This document shows, in pieces, positions 46,886 to 54,936 of a stretch of DNA of 54,936 nucleotides. The translations under genes and the position numbers were made by a program. The stretch spans positions 8,131,623 to 8,186,558 of the forward strand of contig BFEA01000001.1 of assembly GCA_003427395.1 (NCBI GenBank), in the 5' to 3' direction. The DNA is from Chara braunii (taxonomy: Eukaryota; Plantae; Charophyceae). Numbering within the stretch: position 1 is the stretch's first letter; each line of letters opens with the position of its first letter. The notes below the pieces were generated by a model. It was not told the DNA's origin and ran no database searches. It saw only the letters and a program-made list of their open reading frames with translations.

Positions 46886-49800
46886 ATGGCAACTAAAAAT
46901 CTAGGATCTTATAATATCAGAATCCTGATAAAAAAGTCTTTCTGATGATGAAATTTGACGAGTACCCTGAGATGATCACAGAAATGATGGATAATGATGA
47001 GGATGCTGATGGCTATTCCTCTCCACCCCTCCCCTTCCTCCATGTACTATCCTCCTCTCCCCTCGTTTCCTGTTCTCCTCCTCTTCTCTTGCTGCCTCCG
47101 CTGCTTTGAACCCCGCTATCAGTGTGAAATTCTATCAGGCCCAACGAGAGAGATAACCTCCCCATTCCCTTCTGCCTTGAAGTAACCAGTTCCCCCCAAA
47201 GGTGTACCTCAAATCTAACACTCTGACCTAGTCTGCCTCCACCAGGAGATAATGCGCCCCCATACATATCTCCCAGCCCCAGCCCAGATCAGCTCCCATC
47301 ATCTGCGTCTACTCCCTAGAGGGCAATCATCTCCCACCTTGTGTTACCCCTGCGGAGTAGCGCTCCCTTCCTGACCGACCTACCTACACAACTAGACCAT
47401 AACCTATCTGGGCAAAGAGAATATAACCACCAACACAGAGATAACTACTGATTGATGAAAAAATAAATAAAGAAATCGTGAGGATGATAATGATGATGAT
47501 GATAAAGATTCAGATTGGTAGATGATGATGATGATGATGATGATGAAATAAAATTGGCGAGAAATAAGTAAGGAACGTTTGACTTGTGATACCCTAATGG
47601 CACCGGTGTGGAAGATTGACAGCTCACGATTGCTGTAATGAAAGTAGAAGATGACAATGATTACAATTTGATGGAGAAGTCCGAATGACGATCATAAAGA
47701 AGATGAGGAAGCGAAATGATGATGATGACCACCGTCAACAGTGATGGCGACCACCAGCAAAAAAAATGCGGGTGATGTAAATGACGAGCAGCTTGGATAT
47801 GTGAAGACAACCAGCGACAATGTTGATGATAAACCAAGGCTTCTGACGAAAAAAACTGCACAGGAAATAACAACAACAAAAGAACACAAGAATGAAGAAG
47901 AGCTCCCTTGATGATGACCTCACCGACGATCCTCCTGCTGTGAGGATGCTCCAAGCTGGTCCAACGGTCTCCACACTTCGGTTCCACGGGGCTGACTCCA
48001 CTTTCTTCCACTAACGTCTACTTTCGCCAACTTGGTCGTGCGCTCCAGCCTCTATAAGGGCATTGGCTATGGAATACTTGATGTGGAAAGCACAGGGGAA
48101 ATGGACAAACAGGCAGCTTCCACCACTGTTCTCCCTCTTCCACAATGCCTCAGGCTAGCCGCCACGTCAGCCTGTGACGTGGATTGGCAAAGTGCCTTTG
48201 GATGCCATGCGTGCGTTAAGCGCTATCGTCAGATCCGTCTATCCCCTCACAGCATCCTCATGTCAACGCGTCCCCACGCACAAGCTGTCAGCACCATGCC
48301 ACGTGCATGAAGCCAGCACCACGCCATCCGCCAGTCGCCAGCTCCTCGTTGCTTACCCATAGCCAGCGCCTCGCTGTCCGCGAGCAACCAGTGCCTCACT
48401 CCTCTCAAGTAGCCAGTGCCTCGCCACCTTCGAACCACCAGCGCCTCACTACCAGCACACAACCAGCGCCTCGCCACTGATGGCTGACCAGCGCCCCACC
48501 AAGCGCACGCTACCAGTGCAACACCTCCAGCACGCGCGTTGAAAGTCAGCATGTTCCGCCATTCCGCGAGCGCTAACGCGCGCCCGCCCGTGGTTGATTT
48601 TGGACGTACCTTGTAGAGTTTCTTTGTCCATCTCTTTGGCCGCTATAGTTATTAGATTTACTTTTCAAGTCCGGGGTTGTGCAGACATTCAAAATTTAAT
48701 TTATAGTAGTGTATCTGCCCATGATTTTAGCCTAAGGACGGATAGTTCATGATTGTAGGTCAGTTTGTAGGCCAGATTCACTGTCCATCCTGTTCCAAAG
48801 TTAGGAGCTGGGTTGGAAGAAGTCTAAACTACAGTCGCCTGCTGCGTCTGGTTACTAACGCGGTGTACAGCTCCTTGAACATCAAGGGAAAGGATGTCGA
48901 TGATCACTGGAGGCTGCAGTTTGGAGACTCCAGTTCCGTGAAATACCGCCTTAAAGTTTACAAGCAGCGACACTAATGGACCTGCGGGAGTCCCCCGCCC
49001 CACTGTGAAACCTGGGTCTTGACATTTATTTGAGCACAAATATTTGTAGTCCACACTATATTGGACGTTCCACCTCTGTTTCTCTAGTTTGGCAGTAGTC
49101 TGAACATGATCCTGGCTTTATAAGCAAAAAGGAGTTGGATTAACATTCCGAACATGTGTGTGATGTAATTGACTGTCTATTGGATTAGCTTGTCGTGCAC
49201 GAGATTGAGGATGTCTCCCTTCATCATCACGTTACTTGGCGAGGTAATAAGGTTGGCGTAAGGCGGTTCACTCTTTGTATCCTTGTTTGGGAATACTGGA
49301 TTCAGTCAACGTAACTACGAGCAGTGTCACCACGGGCAACAATGAGAGGGCATCCAGTAGTGGCGGAAACACGTTTAACCCGTAGTGAGCATAAGTGGGG
49401 GTAGCACTGGCCATGCAGGGGCCAAACTTGGGTTGTGCCCATTGGGTTTGGTACTATATATAACAAAAATGCAACGGCGTGTGGTGGGAAACCCGTCTCG
49501 GCAATCCAGACGCCTTAAAGCTGGGCTACGCTCTAGAGACATAGTACCGACGCAAGTGTGGTATTATGCTTCATTACTATGTCTGTCTATTGGTCGCATA
49601 GCTGTTTCCCTTTAATCTTAGACTGGATTGCTATGCCCGTTCAGGGTTCTAGTTTCGTATGGTTGCTTTGTCAAAAAAAAGTTCTTTGGGAAACACAATC
49701 TCTAGCCCTCTCATGCAGAGCATGGCCTGTGAACATAGCCACTCTAGGTATTGCCACTACGAGGCAGTGTGAGTGCTACCCTCAGTGGTGAGAGTGCTTT

Positions 49801-50254
49801 CAGCCTGCGGTCAGCATAAGACTGGCTATTATAAGTAAGTTAGGAAGCAGACTTGAACTATATCCATGGTGATCTTCGTTACTCCAATTCGAGATCTAAG
49901 GTGGGTGGTGGGAAACCCTTCTAGGTAGTTCAGGCTTCCTTGTGTCAGTCCTTTTTTTTTGGGGCAAGTACCCCTGTGTCACACCTGTAGTTCAGAATGG
50001 GCAAAAAAAACACAGTTCGGCATGTCTCTGTCCTTCCCAGTTCATAAAGGCAAAAAAAACATCTCGCGGTGCTCCCGACATATGGCAAGCTTAAAATGGG
50101 CAGTTTTGTCTTTTTCAGGACCCATTCCTTCCGGGGTACCAGGGCCGTCCATTTCAGTTGGGATAAAGGGTCGGAGGACGGTACCCCGTCCATTTCAGTT
50201 GGGATAAAGGGTCGGAGGACAGAGTAGCACCTGCTGGGGATAAAGTCCCAGAGG

Positions 50255-51406
50255 ATGCTTCAGACAGTTCTGACGATGGTCAGGCCTCCTTTGTCACTGG
50301 AAGCACCACAATCTGCTCATATAGGGTCACTTCATGATAAGAGGGAGGAACAGATGCCTGAATATGATCCACTCACCTGTAAAGAGGGTACTCAGAAAGA
50401 AGAGCAGACAACTGAGGCAGCGCTCCTCTGTGAAGGGGGTCCTCANAAGAAGGTGCAGGTACCCGAGGATGGGCTATCGCAGTGCTCCGGTCCTCTTGAT
50501 AAGAGGGAGTTACATCCGGGAAATATTTCAGATCCCCTGAAGGGGGGACATATACAAGGAAACGAACAGATTACGATTCCTAAGGGGATAGTAATGCTCA
50601 ATGAGGGAGATGAGGAGCATTCGGAGATCATTGACCTCTCAGGTGATATTATTTCCCAGGCATCTCACAACACTCTGTCCCAGATACCTCGAGGGGATGA
50701 AATAATACTGTATCAACACAAAGAAGAAGAGACCAATGGGTCCTTGCAGCAAGAGAATGATCAGTCAATCATTCCTATTGAGGAAAAGAAAAAGAGGACT
50801 TCGCAGCAAAGAATGGTCTCCTTAAAATCGACAGATGCACAAAGTCAAATTGAGGGTTTGGTTTCCTTTCCAGTTCCGGTAACACAAGAAATGGGAAAAA
50901 GACAAAAACTAAGGAATATGCTGGAACGGGGACAGGCGGTTAAACCGCCAAACCTAAAAGGGAATCTAGTGATACCTGTGAGAAAGAGGAATGGGAAGTG
51001 GGAGCTTGGTCTCTCCCCGATAGGACAAGACCAGTATGGGGGCGTCACATTAAGGGGATGGACAACACATACAGAGTATCAGACAGCGAACGACCGAATG
51101 TTCAAAAGAGATTTACAAGATTTCTTATCCAAACACTATGACCCGGGTCCACAGACCATTCTCATGGAAGTTGGGGACAAAGCTCTGATGACTAAGAGAG
51201 ATGTCTTTGTCCGCTTTGAGGAACACAAGGAAGCAGGCCTTAAGTGGTATTCTCATACTGCCCTCTTGGATCTCCAATGCCTTAAGGTTAAGGCCAATTC
51301 TGTGTGGTCAGTAGCTGATGTGGCATCCTTTTGCTGTTTCATTCTTAGAAGAGGAATTCTCCTCTCCTCTTCCGATTTTGACAAGGGAGTTTGGAATAGA
51401 CTATAG
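50255..51406 (+). pseudogene. LINE ORF1 C-terminal part with the conserved C-terminal domain
   Basis: Homologous to the C-terminus of 646-2049; both end D.G.W..L*. Confidence 0.8.
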
Positions 51407-51461
51407 AAAGAAGAAAAGATAAATTTTTGATATTTTGATAAATATTTTGATCATATCACTT

Positions 51462-54400
51462 ATGGAGGCTCTTCATGCTTTTTATGGTAGAAATCCAGCA
51501 TGGCACCGTGCTACACAGGCAGCAAATCTGGATATCAGATCGCTCAATGTAAACGGACTAGCCACGGCTGATGGGGAAAAGAGAAGAGCCTTGATGGAAC
51601 AACTGAAAGGAGTAGGGGGACGTATGTGGCCAGACCTTATTTGTATCCAAGAGACGCATCTTACAGAAGCTCATATTCATGTGAGAGCCCATAATTTGGT
51701 TTGACCATATACTAAGTACTACTCACCATCTCAACGCAGTGGTTCGGGGAGAGTGGCCATTTGGGTTCCGCCGGAATCAAGAGTGGAAATCATACAATGG
51801 TCAGATGATAAAAGTCATGGTAGATGGGTGTCTGCGTTAATCATGGTAGAACTAGAAGTCATATGTGTAATAAATGTGTATGGACCAAATGATGTTCAAG
51901 AAAGAGTGAATTTCTTCCAGGAAATTAGATCTCAGATGCCAGCAGGTATTCCGATTATCATGGCAGGANATTTCAATGCTGCTCCGGACAGATGGTTAGA
52001 TCGTTGAAAAATACCTGATCCATGTCCGCCATATGTAGAAATAGATGAAATAATAATTAACTCCCTATGTGAAAATCAGCGATTATTTGATACCTATAGA
52101 AGGATTTTTCCACAGGAGAAATTATTTACTTGTATTAGAAATAGTGGAACCCCATCTCAAACGCGCTCCAGAATTGATCTCATACTGATGTCTGATGATC
52201 TAGACAGATCCTTACTGTGGGCGGCAATATTCCCACAAAGCCCTTGGCCGGGGGCCGATCATAAGATGTGTGTGGTTCTCCTGTCTTTTTCAAAAAAGAT
52301 AGACCAAGGGTGAGGCTTTTACAAACTAAACTCTTCTTTACTTAAACAGGGTCAATTTAAGCATTACATTAGAGATGTGTGGGTCTTTTGGCATTTGACT
52401 AAAGATAGGCATGATTCTTATGAGGAATGGTTTAATAATGGCTTAGCCTTTTTATCTAAGAAATGTAATGAGTTTTCAAAAATACAAGCCAAAAACAGAT
52501 ATCAACAAGAAATAAATATCCAAGAACAAATTTTAAATTACGAATTATCACATCATTATGATGATGACCCTCCTCTTACTGATATTCAGGACCTCAAAAA
52601 ACAATTACTTTCCTTTGTTCAACATCGTTGGCAAGGTCATTTGATTAGAGGCAAACTAACTAAGTTTATGACAGAAGGACAGATGGATGCTACTTTCTTT
52701 GCTCTCGCTCGTACACGATCGAGACGCTCTTTAATAAATGGACTTACAGATGCAAGTAGTACGGATCAACTTCTATCCTCATCCTCAGCAGGCAGTCTAA
52801 AAATAGCATATGATTTCTATAAAAAAAAATTCTCATCTTCCAAGGATCCTGAGGAAACAAAGGAAGATGATTTAGCAATAAACAGTTTTCTTCAGCCCAT
52901 GACACAAGCACTCTCCCAGGAACAAAAAAAATTATTAGAAAGACCAATGAAAAAATAGGAAATTTGGGCAGCATTACTACAGATGGAGGAAGGGAAAACC
53001 CCAGGAATTGATGGCTTGCCAAAAAAATTTAGGGAAATCATGTGGCCAACTTTTGCCTCTGATCTAATGGAATTCTTTAACTCACTCTAGGAATCTGGAA
53101 AAATGGGGGAATTTGTGGGACAAGGAATCCTTACACTCATCCATAAACATTAGAAACTACAGACCGATTACTCTATTAAGTGTGGTCTATAAAATGTTAG
53201 TTAAAGCTTTGGCTAATCGTCTGATCGTTGTGATGGCGGACATTATTCATCCCTCTCAAACAGGATTTATCAATGGAAGACATATTCAAGACAACATATT
53301 ACTCATTAACGAATTAATTAAACTATCAAAACAATCAAAGAATAACGCTGTCTTTATTTTTATCGATTTTGAGAAAGCTTATGATCATGTGGATTGGAGA
53401 TTTTTAGATGCTTGCTTAGTTAAAATGAATTTTGGACAAAACTTAAGGAAATGGGTACGTATCCTACATACGAATGCAACCACACGCATTCTTATAAATG
53501 GGCTTCTTTCCCCGGAAATCAAACTACAACGGTCGGTCAGACAAGGAGATCCATTAGCACCCTTCTTGTTCTTAATCATCATGGAAGCACTAGGGGCCAA
53601 TTTGAGGGCAAATAGAAATATAAAAAAATTGAGTATCTTTGGAATCCCTGAGGAAGTCATCCCAATCTCTTCAATGTTTGCTGACGATCTTACTGTTATC
53701 ATGGATGCGACACAAGAGAATATGGTTGAAATCCAAGCGCTAATGAACAGGTTCGCACAAGTCTCAGACATGGTTGTCAACTGGGGCAATAAAACCCAGG
53801 GCTGGTGGATCCACTCTGCAGGAGATAGGCCACCGGAACAACCAAGAGTGAAATGGCTACCTTTAGAAGCACCAGTGCGTATCTTGGGGGTCTCCCTAAC
53901 TGCAGTCGGGAAACCCACCACTCATAATGAGTGGGTAACTAAACCAGCTATTGACAAGATGAATTTATAGAAAAATAAGCATACCTTAGTATTTGGGAGA
54001 GCTCTTATTATTAACAATGTCATATTGGCTTCTATATGGTATAAAACGGAGTTGTGGTCGTTGAGTAAAATAAGCACGAAAGTATTGCAGAGGCGGATCA
54101 CAGCCTTTTTGTGGAGGGGTAATCATGATTTGGACAAGGTTATCCCTAGAGTGGCTTGGAGATATCTGTGCCAACCCAAATCCAGAGGGGGCCTAGGGAT
54201 TCTAGACCCTACCCTTCAGTTGCAGGCTTTAGCTTTACAATGGATAAAAAAGTTAATCTTGTCTACTGATTTACCATGGAAACCAATGGCCTTAGAACAA
54301 ATTAGAAGATTAGCACCGCAGGCAAGTGAAGATACTCATCCTCTTTTCTGGATTGAAGATCGATTTTGGACTATCCCTAGAGTGTTAATGAGAAGAAAAG

Positions 54401-54936
54401 GTTCAAGGAATAGAGAGGAGGCCAGAAGGGATCTAGTTTTTGATAATTTCTGGGCAAATCTTTTAAGAATTTGGAGGCAACTTCCATTGTCAGATAGACC
54501 CTTTCCCAATAGGTACGAAGAAATCCTTCGCCAACCCTTGTTTGGAAATCGTTGGATCACTGACATGAATGGTTGTAGCCTTAATGCTTCTAAACCTCTA
54601 TGGAGTCAATGGGGTAAAAAAGGCATTACACGCATTAAGGACATATGGGATCCCTGTATAAAAGATTGAAAGTCAGGTGATCAAATTAAATCGACACTCG
54701 ATTACTTAGATCAAAAATTCATATTTCAGTAATCATTCGGGAAAAATGGGCTACGCATCTGAATCAAGACATAAATTCGATCAAAAGAATTAAAATTTTC
54801 AATAAAATTAAACAAAGGCCAGCAAAATTCACGTCTCTCCAATGGCAAATAGCACACCGATGCCTACCCACCAATGATTGGATTATAGACCGAACTTCAT
54901 TAGAACAAAAGGGTCTAGCTCTCCCTTGGTGCAAAT
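51462..54936 (+). pseudogene. LINE ORF2 (EN, RT, start of zinc finger), disrupted
   Basis: Motifs RSLNVNGL, IQETHL, VYGPND, NYRPITLL, IDFEKAYDHVDW, VRQGDPL and MFADD. Confidence 0.94.

Larger units (their letters stand above)
49960..54936 (+). mobile_element. Family A LINE copy A4 (decayed; continues past the window end; 5' boundary uncertain)
   Basis: ORF1 tail 50255-51406, EN from ~51520, RT 53113-53970, and the zinc-finger region begins at the window end (HRCLPTNDW..PWCK). Confidence 0.93.

Noticed and set aside
47661-49950. Host gene exons among the short ORFs
   Set aside because: No recognisable domain or consistent splice structure; the recurring gtgggaaaccc motif alone is too short to interpret.

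Overview
Eukaryotic, repeat-dominated scaffold. The U6 5' stem and the plant-type L1 ORF1 suggest a green plant or streptophyte alga. No intact host protein-coding gene is supported. About half of the window is decayed L1/Tx1-type non-LTR retrotransposons from two divergent families (A and B). Target-site duplications (TSDs) resolve two nested insertions: 14933-27322 (twin-priming 5' inversion, hosting a near full-length family B copy) and 38492-46885 (internal inversion). Unusual LINE features are an ORF1 carrying a conserved helical domain and a C-terminal Nudix-fold-like domain, an SH3/Tudor-like insert in ORF2, and a covarying, pseudoknotted 3' RNA tail shared by both families. The window also holds a Penelope-type hammerhead ribozyme, a TSD-flanked U6 retrocopy and several MITE/foldback elements. 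Two diverged inverted copies of a 1.2-1.5 kb non-coding element show covarying RNA structure, tRNA-like A/B boxes and hammerhead-like motifs. Two Nextera mate-pair adapter junctions create false duplications. All domain and structure calls were made by eye and need HMM, structure-prediction or covariance-model confirmation.
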